This document shows positions 52,401 through 64,000 of a DNA stretch of 64,000 nucleotides, piece after piece. How positions within the stretch are numbered: the stretch's first letter is position 1; each line of letters starts with the position of its first letter. Source of the DNA: Haliotis rubra (Eukaryota); assembly GCF_003918875.1 (NCBI RefSeq), contig NW_025765780.1, forward strand, positions 186,001 through 250,000, read 5' to 3'. A model generated the notes under the pieces. It saw only the letters and a program-made list of their open reading frames with translations, was not told where the DNA came from and did not search any database. A program made the position numbers and the translations under genes.

Positions 52401-54379
52401 TGTAGATGAGATCTCGGATGCTGCTCTGTCACACATGCTGCGTGCTGGTGTAGACTGTACATGTCAGATGTTGTGTTTGATATTTACAGAGAGAAAACAA
52501 TTAGGTCTACAGAACGCAATATTCGCTGCTCAAGAGAAGGAATTTTGTTCACTAAAATAAAACCATAATCATTGTTTGTCACCTATGGCAATCATTGCAT
52601 CAATCTGACAAAAGATGAGCACCAAGTTGTTGAAGATCTTGAATGCAGCCATGAGGAAGCTGATACTCGATTAGCTTTATACATTAAACATGCCGCTGAA
52701 GACAATTCCACACTTTTTGTGTGTAGTGGATGATACTGATGTCTTGATCATATTTCTCATTCTGGCAACAATCAGCAGCAGCAAAGCCTTCATCAGACGT
52801 GGAACCAGAGCTCGTATCAGACTGGTGGATGTAAGCAAATTTGCTCCTGCTCTAGGGGTTGAGGTGTGTTGTGTTCTAGTTGGATTGCATGCATGGACCG
52901 GTTGTGACCCAGTAAGTGCTTTGTCTGTATAAAGAAATCTCAAGGCTTTGAAAATGATTCTCCAGTATCAAAGGTTTATGAGAGTATGTGTGGAACTTGG
53001 AAGCACCTGGAATCTGACAATGGAAAACTTTGATGAAGTTCAAGCTTTTCGCATGCCAGCTGTACTGTAGAAACGCCAAAGTAAATAGAGTCAAAGAACT
53101 TCGCTATCTCATGTTTCATTATAGAGAAGGTGATGCTGATTCAGGACAGTTGCCATCTTGTGTTGATGCTGTCCTCCGTCCAAACTATCAAGCAGCCATT
53201 TGGAGAAACAGTCTCGAGAGGAATACAAGCGTTCCACATTCCACAGATGGACATGGCTAGGAGAAGGATACCAGTGGGAATTTACTGTTCAGCAGTTGGC
53301 AGACTGCTCCGATATGTCAAATTGTAATGACAACCATGATGACAACAACAATAATGATGATGATAACTGCAGTGATGATGATGATAATGATGATGATGAT
53401 GATGATGATTATAGTCGTTAACCACTGGTGACAATCAGAAATATAAAATCAATGTGTAAGGCTTATTACATTGTAAACATCTCATTGACTCAAACCACTT
53501 GTTGTGATTTTGTGACGATTTGGTATTTAGAGAAAGGTATTTGGAAGGAAGCACAATCCATTGAAAAACATTTAAACTTTAAGACAGAACCATAATCATG
53601 TTTCTCTGTTCATCTCTCTAAACATAATGTTTGAATGTAATGTACAAAAATAAATTGTGTATGTCTAAGTTATTGGTATGTCTATTTTTGTAACATTTTT
53701 TCAAAATAAAAATATACAATGATGTACAAATCCTTGCAATTAGATATAAAAATGTGTGAAATTCAATACTGAACAGATTTTATCCTAACAGAACCTACTT
53801 CAAGCTTATAGTTTGACCTGGGTCATTGTTTTTAGAGGCTGATGGTCAAATTTGACTGAAAGGACGCCATTTAGTGAAGACTGGGACCTGCGTTATGAAC
53901 CTGATAAAAAGTATGTTTTAAATTAGATTTAAATATCAAATGGAACCAAATGTATACTTAGGCTTTCTAAATTATTTTAGTTCTCTCTGTTATCAATGTT
54001 TTCCAAGAAATTAACAAATTATCTGCATTTTTAGGGGAAAATCGTATTTTGTCATACATTTTTCCCAATTTTAAAAACAATAATCATGCCGAACCCTCAC
54101 AGATTACATATCAAAATATGGGAAATTGAATACTGATCATATTTCACCCCACATTTATATGTCTAATGCTTATAGTTTAAGCATAGATTTTTTACACAAA
54201 TGGTCAGATTCAAGAAAAGGGCGGCTTTCTATAAAAATGGCCGCCCAATACCCATTTAGCTGGGCATGTGGGATGTCCATCACGTGATTCCATAAACTAC
54301 ATACCTTAAGCTATATGAAAACCATAGTGGCTGTTTGCCCCACAATTTGGTAGTGAAATCTCATCTGGCTCATTGACTA
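49474..54379 (+). mobile_element. 4.9-kb DNA transposon with ~630-bp TIRs and 3-bp (AAT) flanking repeat; decayed large ORF (~50200-53280); superfamily unassigned
   Basis: 49474-~50107 is the inverted copy of ~53759-54379, with termini TAGTC…GACTA. ORF remnants FDNID, GAGTTH, PWTGFN, LPTINAP, DQALF, GNFH, HEEADTRL, DDTDV, LHAWTGCD and NYQAAIWR. Confidence 0.9.
53325..53410. repeat. (GAT)n/(AAC)n microsatellite at the 3' end of the transposon ORF
   Basis: Directly visible. Confidence 0.9.
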
Positions 54380-54859
54380 AATTAAAAATCACTGACTCCC
54401 GTGCTTGATGTTTGTCCCTACTCATCTAAGGTCTGTATTCCAGAAAGTGTTTAAGTAATATGAGATGCCTACACATTTGTTATTCTAAAGTTTTCTCAAA
54501 TAACACGAAATTCCTACTAGGAAATCCCACAAAGAAAACTGAAGGAGAACCTTTGCAATAAGACCTCACCGGAATATGACAACATTCTCAAACCTTCTCT
54601 GGTTCATGTTTTATGGGCCGGTTACATCACGTGTGCGCTGTTTGAAGCATGGCAGAGAGTCTTGTACTGTGGTGTCGGGTAGTGGAATGACACACTGTAT
54701 GACACATGTTTCTGGAACCTAAATTGCTGCAGATTGAACATTTTGGAATTGTAGTCCTATCTTCCCGAGGGACATATATTTGCTGCAGATTATCAGGCTA
54801 TCTAAAGTTTAGACTTAGCTCACCATAACGTTTAGGCGCAATGACCTATTATATGTTAT

Positions 54860-55920
54860 ATACTCTGCAAAAAACGTAACGAAAAAGTAGTTTACAGATG
54901 TATAATTAATGTATGATATAATTAATAAACAGATCATTGTAAATTGTTCAGCTATCATGAGTTAAGTCATTTGCGAGTCCCCTGTTCTCAATATCAGAGT
55001 CAAGAACTGCCTGGTATAGTCGCCCTATGGAATCAGTCAGATTACGAATTGTGTGAAGGGGAATGATCAACCACTCTTCCTGCAACGCTTGTGCCAACTG
55101 GTGGAGGTTCCCAGATATGTTCGATGAGGTTTAGATCTGGAGACCTTAGTGCTTTCATTTTCGATTCCTTAGAAACGCCGTTGTCAGTCTTGCCTTGGGC
55201 GTCAAGTGTTGTGTTGAAGCATTATATGTGTTTGTTGCATAATGGGAAGGGCTTCTGGACGAAAAGCTTCATCTGTGCAACGTTGTGCCATTAATTTGCC
55301 CTGTACGTGTAGCACGCGTGTTCTACCTGTCGGTAAGATGGCGGCCCAAATCGTCACCAAATCTGAGACAGTTCTTGAATGCAGTTTTGAATATAACGTT
55401 CCCCACAACCACTGTAAACACACGACCCATAACTAAACAAAACAAGTCCCCGTCGCTGTTGTGGCCATACTCTGTGTCTTTGACACCATTGGCGTCAAAG
55501 ACGACGATGCTGATCTGGATCCCGGATCTGGGTAGGTTGTTAACGTGATGGTGCTTGGCGATACGTGGAACAACCTGACTACGACCGCAACCAAGTCGCC
55601 TGTCTTCAGTCGACCGAAGGTGTTGTTGCATTGAGCTTCTGTCAGTTTTGGCATGCTTCCACTTTCGATTTGCGATACTGTGATGACAGACAAATACAAA
55701 TAGAAATCTATCGTTTCCATAGCCCAACAATTCATGTTGCACGGGTTAACTGAGTCTCACGAATGTCTAAGGTGGTCGAAGTGAACTTCTTCAAAGATAA
55801 CGCGTTGGGATACTTTATCAGTAACACGAAAGCATACGGTATACTATAAATGAAACATTGGATACTCTACTTTCAGGAACTCTACTTGTTACTACCGTTG
55901 CCCCTTTTGATGAACATATC
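54860..55920 (-). mobile_element. Highly decayed Tc1-type element
   Basis: MPKLTEAQ… start at ~55654, PRSG linker, LQHNT and PDLNLIEHIW remnants. Boundaries approximate. Confidence 0.75.
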
Positions 55921-57030
55921 AAAGAAATATAAAGAAGTTGCTAGGTGATACAAACGAACGGAACAAGTAACTTTGCTTCATGCAATTTAAGCATTCTCTT
56001 GAAAATGACAACATCATATCTGATCAATGGTATGATTAATGTTTTATCGTCCTGATGACAAGAACATGGACAAATCCCATAGCTAGTACCTGGAGACAGA
56101 GTTGCATGCCCTAAAATAAGTGTTACAAGCAAGTTGACTATATGACCATCATTTTCCCGTATTCGGGAGTCTCATCTCAGATGTGCAGTTAAACTAAGCA
56201 AGATGTGGCATAGGGGCAAAATAATACGTTCAGCTGGAAGTCAGATGTTGAACTGCCTCAATCGGCTAAGTACGGTTCTACCACTAACTGATAACTGTAG
56301 GTTTGAACCCATTTTCGCCGGATCAGAAGCTGCCGAATTTCCCCACTTTCCAAAATTGAAGAAAGAATTGTATGACAAACTTTTAAAAAATGATGCATTT
56401 TCTGCTTTGGATTTTTCTAACGCAAAGGTGGAAGCTTTCTACACCAGTGGGTCCCAGCATACGGGCGTACAGGCCCGATCAGTTGGGCTTATGTTGAACT
56501 ATAATCAACACAGTCAAACTTCAGAACTCCAATATATGTGCAGCTGGTGCTTGATTTATCGAACGTACTGTTATGGTGAGTTGGTTCATGGCCAATATAT
56601 GTTACAGACGGAGCTTAATGGCAAATGGTATCTCCCTTCTATGTATGTAATTTCCATTATTTAGCATATTGTATAAGAATGGGAAAAACATCGTGTCATC
56701 AGTCACGATCTCTGCTCAATGATCACCAAATGGACCACAACCCGTGTCCACGATATATATACACGTGGAACATTGATAATTATGTTCTGTTCATATTCGT
56801 CTCTCCGGTGTCAATGTTATGGTTGTTACAGTAGTTGGTTCTGTTTGGCTTCACCTTTCTACACATATCCGGATTAGAGGTAATCGATGTGATGACTCAG
56901 CGTATTAAACAACCACCTTATCTAATCGCTACAATCCTACATGACGCTGTTTGCTGCTCCTATTTGCTTTAGGTATCTTCAATGACTTGGAAAAATAATA
57001 TGAGGGCATCAAACCTTACTAAAATAGTGC

Positions 57031-57036
57031 TTTATT
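57031..57036 (-). promoter_or_regulatory. Candidate polyadenylation signal (AATAAA) of neuropeptide gene
   Basis: TTTATT on + strand, ~440 nt downstream of the stop codon. Confidence 0.45.
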
Positions 57037-57472
57037 GTTCACAACAATATGAGTGAATGTACAGTTTTCGAAGATCAGTTCCGACTGTTTAAAACTTTGA
57101 GAATGGTTAAAAGTCTACAATAAGTGCATTCAGCTGAGTAGATGAAGGTTTCACTAAGCGAAATTGATCACACATTAACCCCTTTTGTTACACGAAATAC
57201 TTGTACAAACAAATGTTGTGCTTATGCATTATTATTTTCCTAACTACAAAATGAAATATACGGAGTCCTTATGTGATCAAATATCGACATTTGAATGGAT
57301 GCTTGTATTGACAGTTCATGCACAGTGTTTTGTTGAATTTTGCATATTGCCATCAGTAAAACCTTTGGCAGGAAAAGGTGATATCTACAGAAAGTGGTAC
57401 AAAATGAATTTTTCATTTTTTTCATTCCATTGTATCTCCTGCACAGTCTATTTCAAAGAAAGTCCATGATAT

Positions 57473-58324
57473 CTAACCAAACCGGGCAAACATGCCATAA
57501 CCTATGGGGTCAAACTGCCTCTTCTGTGCCTCTGGAACGCGTTTATATTGGCCTTGGCGAACCCTTGCCACAGCCAACACCTGTTTGAGAAGGTCCGCGA
57601 TGTTGCCACCATCTATGGCCTTCTGAGCGTCCATTTGCCCTTTGTAACCCAATACACGGTACGGGTTGTATCGTTTTCCGAAACTGCCAAAGTTACTTGC
57701 AGCCTCGATGGGATCAAATATTCGTTTCGCGACAAGTTGATCTGACGATTCTTTGTCAGAAAGGCCCGAGTCTGAATCCGCAGAATATTCCTTGTCCTGT
57801 AAAGAACAACATATTATGTCATGTGTTTGTGTTATAAAGCAAGCGTCTTCGTAAAAGAAATTGACCCACAAACAATGTTTGCGAAACACACATAAGACCC
57901 AATCAGTGAGTATAGTGATTTCCTCACTTAATCAGACACTCGCCGTTACTTTCATATATATTTGTGTTACGCTGGATAGGTTAAGACGTGCACATTATCC
58001 GTGCTTGCCATATTCAATATCGGTCATTTACTGTCATCCATAACCTAGTCAACCAAGAAATGCAATCTAGCCATATTATTAAAATAGGACCGACAGGAAT
58101 TGTGTGTCGCGGGCGGCTTTGGCTCGCTTATGGATCATCCGGGTTAGCAGTAGTCGAAAGTAGATTGACTTATATGATGTCTGGATGACTCCCCCAGCCA
58201 TGAGAGCAGTTTATGCTTTATTACACACCTTTGCATCCAACATTGGGTATCCCGCCACAGTGTTCACTAAGCATAATGCCGCCGCGCCGACCATCAGAGA
58301 TGAATAAATAAAACTGAGACCCAT
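57473..58324 (-). CDS. Neuropeptide precursor (pedal peptide/orcokinin-B-like), 139 aa; coding exons 58324-58229 and 57796-57473
   Basis: First coding exon gives MGLSFIYSSLMVGAAALCLVNTVAG-YPMLDAK (signal peptide-like), then a phase-0 intron (AAG|gtgtgt … ctttacag|GAC). The last exon gives an acidic spacer, KR-IFDPIEAASNFGSF-GKR, a 42-aa segment, KR-VPEAQ-KR and QFDPIGYGMFARF-G-stop. An upstream acceptor at 58382 implies a 5' UTR intron. Confidence 0.9.
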
Positions 58325-61300
58325 TTTACTTTCTTGCTTGCTTCTTTGAACCTTTTGTCGGTTGTTTCGGCAGCTATTTGTCTGAAACAGAAAAATAAAG
58401 AATCCAACAAAAGGTATTTAATAGCAAATCTTAAAGGCAATAGTATAATGCCATATAAACATCCATTGCGAAAACGAAGATGTTTTTGTCTTAAAGCTCT
58501 CAGAAATAATCTTTGTCATTTTCCGTTAGTTGAAAGATATGATCGGAAGTTTGGCGGTCGCTATAGTCTTAGCCACAGGCTTTTCATCTTTTTTTTGACC
58601 AACTGAGAGAGAGAAGTGCTAAAAGCAACTGATAACAACGATCTTTAGTTTCAAAGAGTACAATGACGTTTTGGCTATTCCACGTTTCAGGACACGACTT
58701 TGAAACGTGATACTTTTAAATGGCTGATTACATACGCTTAAAGCCTGATTACTATGATGAAGACCGTCTTTTGATGTGAAACTTCAAGTCCATTGGTGTG
58801 AATTTAATTTGGACTCATTGTATGTCTCATGAAAGATTGTTATGCAAGGCTCGTATCGTGCTGTGCGTCGTGCAAATCTTTTAGAATGGACAATTTTGAT
58901 CTCATCCATTTCAAGCAGCACATGCTTCCTGGTTGCTTCATGATTATATATGCATTCATGCATGTTGTTTTAAATGCCAATAATATTAGAACTCTGGATT
59001 CGAAAAGGTGTCTAGCAGGTTCGGACAGACTGTATGTATCCTTTGTCTCCTTGTATACCAGCTGTGTGATCCAGTGAACAGAGCGTCTCTCCGGTGAGAG
59101 GAAGGTGGTAGGGTCGTCAACGTCCTCGCCTTATGGTACTTGTTGACAGCTCGGCTCGGAGTCAGAATACACTGTGTCTTAGTGGAATGTTCACATGAAA
59201 GCATGTTTTAATTGAGTGGGCTGGCTTTATAAAACTGGTAATAGTAGGGGCGAGTGCAACCACGCAGATGTATCAGAGCTAACTGTCAATCAGATCCTGT
59301 TCAAATCTTGGGTTGATTCAAATTGTTTAGTGCTAAACATGCTGCTTGTATTGTATATTCCCCTTACAGTAAAGACGATCGGGATATTGAAAGGGTATTT
59401 CCTAAATACAGCATCTCTGATCAGTACCATGATTCGGTTACGTACTCCAGGAATCCAAGTACTATGTTTTGTATAAAGGTAGTATGATAAGATCTTAGTT
59501 CTAAGGAACCTTCATATTCAGTGCAGCGTCAATCATGGAATAAGTGCATAAGCCACAGTGATAAAATAGAAGTGGGACCAATCATGTCCTTCCAGTGTCA
59601 AAAGATAAATAGATAAATGTTTACAATACGGACATATGCCAAGACACAAGACATCCATCAACGACATCCCCGCCATGTGGCTATAAAATACGACACTAGT
59701 GAACAGACAACAAGTTCTTTACCACAGAGCACACGTGAACAGACAGAACATACCTAAACAACAAGGCACACGTGAACAGACTATTACAATATAACTATGC
59801 TACAAGGTACACGTGTACAGACTATTGCAATATAACTATACTATAATCAATCAGTATCCTGACAACAGACGTTGACAAGAGTGTAACTCGTCACAGCAAG
59901 AACATAAACTAACTTCACGCTACAATGAACGTCAATCTAACTTGTGTGAACAAACTTTTAAGAGAAAGAAGCAGTCAGGTAAAAGAATGTGCCTGACAAA
60001 ACCTTACTCTGTATGCAAAAACTGAACACAATTGGAAGTGTTGAAGTACCCAACTTTAATCTATGCAAGAACCAGTAAAACATCTTGAAAAACCGACGTT
60101 GTGATGAACCTTCGTATGGAACTAGTGACGAAGCAGACGTAAAAGAAAGAGGAAATAATACAAACATAACTGTCCAACTCTAGCTGTCCATATTGTTAGA
60201 AGTAATTACAGGGGTAAAGGCGTGATAGAAGTATGCCTCACACTATCGGCCCGTTTTTCAATTATTTTGTGTCAGCATCAAACCATAACATACTTGAATA
60301 GATACATGTACCGATGCCGGGACTAATTCAATTCTGCCAAGAAGCGGTAAGACTTAACCAACAGACACCACCTGCAGATTCTGCTAAACATCCCCCCGAT
60401 GATCAACACCGAGACGTTTGTTCACAATAAGAAAAAGGGATGGTGATTACTGAAGTTACTGAATGGTGTTAAATTTTCCCTTCTCCCAAATATCTGACGG
60501 TCACGAAGCCCAATGGACTCTATATTCAATAACGTAAGGCAGCACCTGCGGCGACTTGTGGTTTAAGGCCAAGTTAAGACACGTTCTCTGTAACTACATG
60601 TAATTAGACACACGCTTATTAGACATTGTTATTGTCCTTTTAAAGCGATTATGTGAGTTCCGTTCTCACTGTAACTTAAGCTCTTAAGTGGTAAGAGGGA
60701 TAATACGATTAGCTACGATTGGCTAACTCCCCTGTACTAAAATAGCCATGTCTACTGAGATGCTACACACTTTTGTTGTGCATGAACTTGATGTATCGAC
60801 AGTCCGCCTTAATCTTCTCGTAGTTCACCAACATAGACCTTAAATGTTTGCACAATCTTTGTAATATTCAAACTCTCTAATCCATGTTGATTTAAGTTTT
60901 GTTTCTGTCCGAGTGTTCAGTGTTCAGCTCTTATGATCTTGTGTTAACACATTCCATGCTTGTTATTCTGAAGTATCTACGTTGTCCCATCAAAGGCAAA
61001 CAATTGTTCCATATTTACTTTGCTGCACAATGATGAATTTCGACCGTATCACTTCAAACACAGTACCTCAGGGTAGCCTTTGGCGAGTTACAGCCAAGTG
61101 ATATCACAATTTGGTTGGAGGAAGATTTCCTTCAAAATCACGCCGATTTAAAGTACACCTCCCACTGTCATTTACCCCAAGCTATATCAACTGTTGACTT
61201 GTATACTAGAGAATCGGCTGCTCAACCCAGCGGAACCCATCAAGAGACATTCACCGGTACACTACACACAGTCACTGTACACGGATTTGAAACTTTGTTT

Positions 61301-62904
61301 CTTCTTCACATATTTCTACATGAAAATCATTTCGATGAGTATTTGCCAAACAAATCCATCTGTGTATCACGTGACGGGATTATCATATTGTCCTTGTATC
61401 ATACTTCACATCTGTTTTCTTCAGGGGGAGATGCCCATCGGGTATTACACAGATCTTAATTTGTTTAAATGATGTTGAAACAAACAACCGGAAAGATTTC
61501 TAGAGGAATTTAGAGATGCTATTGCTATTAGCAACACGACCTCCGGAATTACGCCCACAAGTGGAAGCAATAGAAAGCGAAGTTGAAACCATCAGCTCTA
61601 AATGCAACCATCTTGAACATGAATTGTGGCAATACGATCTGATTGTCGGACCGGTTAAGTCAGTGTCATATGAAGTGGTGTAATTCTTGTTACTGAAACT
61701 AAGAACACAACGTTTAGTCATTAGCCTGGTCAGTGTCACAACAAATTCATTGACGAAAAGCACTGGTACCTTTTAACAGGACAAAGAGAGACACGCCCTA
61801 TAAGAGTGTCACAACTCAGGAATCTGTGTAACCGAGTGTGTGACCCCACCTGCCTTGTCCCAAGTGTCAGCCAAAGATTGGCACAACTAACTTTACCGTT
61901 GGTTCTGGTCCAGTGGTATGACTCGGCCAGTGTCACGCAAGACGTATAGGGGAGACGTGTGTAGACGAAACAGTCCCTGACAGTACCGTTACGGTGTGAT
62001 GTTAGTTAGTATCTATCCCAACATGTATCGTTTGTGAGCAAGCGTTTATCTGGCTGCAAAGTGGCATTAAATCCTTGCGTTCCACAGATATTAGAACATT
62101 TACTTAAACGGCGACGTCCCTGTACCGCCCGTCATTTATATTGTCTTTTACTATTATCAGTTATGTTTTCCTGTGAGTTGTGAAGCCACGCAATACCGTT
62201 ACACAAACGTCGCACAATGCTCACGTGGACGTGAGTGGACCCTTGCACGTCCACCAGAGCTGTCCAGGCGAAACCTTTACTTATCTGTGAACAGTGGACT
62301 GCCTAGGCTATGAAAATGCTATCTACACCAAGCTAGACTTGCCGAATCATGACGTTGACCTTAGCGTATCGATAAAGCCCAGGTGATGTGCTCCCTTACC
62401 CGGTCGCCTACAGTTCTTTGCCCAGTTGTGCCACGAGTCGGCGAACTATTAATTTGGTAGTTTACTATAGATTCCGTAGATGCACTAGTAGATGGTTGTG
62501 CTGCGTACATGGTGTCACGACCCCTGACAAATATAGATGGTGTTCACATGGTAGCACAGGGGCAGGTTTCATGCTCCCAACACACACACAAACGCCCCCG
62601 GGAATATTTATGTTTAAATAATAACATTATAGTCTGGGTAATGTCTTTATGAATATGTATTGATGGGTGCACAATTAGACATTAAGATCTATTTTATTGA
62701 ACACCATATATAGCACAAATCTATTTTCCGTTCGTGCGAATGATATGAAACTTACGAACTGGATGCCGGTAATCAGGCCGACTGTGTGAGCGCCAGTGAC
62801 AGGGGACATATCATAATTTACTTTGTTATGTTTCAATGTGACCACAAATGTTAAAGACAATGATTTAATTTCTTATCTAAGTCGACTGCAGCGTCATGTG
62901 CAAC

Positions 62905-64000
62905 AACCTTGCAACAACACTCATCCCCTCCGTCCCATTACAACCCCCCTACTACAACATCCATCCCCTCCGCCCCATTACAACCCCCCTACAACACCGC
63001 CCACCCCGTCCGTCCCAATACAGTATCCCTAAAACACCACCCATCCCCTCCGCCCCATTACGACAACAATACTACACCAACCATCCAACAACCCAACAAC
63101 AACACTCGTTCCCTCCGCCCCATCATGGCAACAACCCTTTAACACCACCCACCCCCTCTGTCCCATCACGGCAACAACCCTTTAACACAACACACCCCTC
63201 CGCCCCATCACGGCAACAACCTTTAACACAACACACCCCTCCGCCCCATCACGGCAACAACCTTTAACACAACACACACCCTCCGCCCCATCACGGCAAC
63301 AACCTTTAACACCACACCCACCCTCCGCCCCATCACGGCAACAACCTTTTAACACCACCCCCCCTCCGCCCCATCACGGCAACAACCCTTTAACACAACA
63401 CACCCTCCGCCCCATCACGGCAACAACCTTTAACACAACACACACCCTCCGCCCCATCACGGCAACAACCTTTAACACCACCCACCCCCTCCGCCCCATC
63501 ACGGCAACAACCTTTTAACACCACCACCCCCTCCGCCCCATCACGGCAACAACCCTTTAACACAACACACACCCTCCGCCCCATCACGGCAACAACCTTT
63601 AACACAACACACCCTCTGTCCCATCACGGCAACAACCCTTTAACACAACACACCCCTCCGCCCCATCACGGCAACAACCTTTAACACCACCACCCCCCTC
63701 CGCCCCATCACGGCAACAACCTTTTAACACCACCACCCCCTCCGCCCCATCACGGCAACAACCCTTTAACACAACACACCCCTCCGCCCCATCACGGCAA
63801 CAACCTTTAACACAACACACCCCTCTGTCCCATCACGGCAACAACCCTTTAACACAACACACCCCTCTGCCCCATCACGGCAACAACCTTTAACACAACA
63901 CACCCCTCTGTCCCATCACGGCAACAACCTTTAACACCACCCACCCCTCCGCCCCATCACGGAAACAACCTTTAACATCCCCCTCCGCCCCATCACGGCA
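62905..64000. repeat. Minisatellite, 41-44 bp unit (CCCTCCGCCCCATCACGGCAACAACCTTTAACACAACACAC), runs off window end
   Basis: Directly visible; degenerate at the left edge and homogeneous from ~63150. Confidence 0.97.

Noticed and set aside
53200-53421. Asp-rich biomineralisation-type protein
   Set aside because: It is a (GAT)n tract at the tail of the decayed transposon ORF inside the TIRs, with no signal peptide or gene structure.
49509-54357. CACTA-superfamily call from the CACTACC/GACTACC inverted motif
   Set aside because: The inverted repeat extends further out to TAGTC…GACTA (49474/54379), so CACTA is internal rather than terminal.
57473-57520. Assignment to CCK/sulfakinin or FMRFamide families, and a functional link to the neighbouring sulfotransferase
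   Set aside because: The peptides lack the DY(G) and FMRF/FLRF signatures. The sulfotransferase is a carbohydrate-type enzyme about 41 kb away, not recognisably a tyrosylprotein sulfotransferase.
57797-57889. N-terminus MFRKHCLWVNFF… of the ORF-track protein 57473-57889
   Set aside because: It is intron read-through upstream of the ctttacag acceptor at 57797.
58330-58381. Alternative coding exon QIAAETTDKRFKEASKK for the neuropeptide
   Set aside because: It needs an unidentified upstream signal-peptide exon. The ATG at 58324 gives a good signal peptide and a phase-compatible donor, so this stretch is better read as 5' UTR.

Overview
Eukaryotic, repeat-dense invertebrate genomic DNA. It is most likely a gastropod mollusc such as abalone; this is inferred from the SINE types, the LINE spectrum and the neuropeptide type, and is not proven. 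I could reconstruct two spliced host genes by hand, both on the minus strand. The first is a 361-aa Golgi type II carbohydrate sulfotransferase with 3 coding exons (16231-11326). The second is a 139-aa secreted neuropeptide precursor with 2 coding exons (58324-57473), predicted to release IFDPIEAASNFGSF-amide and pQFDPIGYGMFARF-amide; these look like pedal peptide/orcokinin B, but one ends in RFamide. The rest is mobile and repetitive DNA: a full-length decayed I/Nimb-type LINE with a 10-bp TSD and a candidate HDV-like ribozyme at its 5' end; L2/CR1 and L1/Tx1 LINE pieces; a CR1/L2-type ORF1 carrying a 2A (StopGo) motif; seven Tc1-type elements or fragments; a 4.9-kb DNA transposon with ~630-bp TIRs whose decayed ORF joins a transposase-like region to a FEN1/XPG-like nuclease region; SINEs; a nested SINE>solo LTR>MITE stack; and several minisatellites. 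All calls come from reading motifs by eye; no database searches were run.
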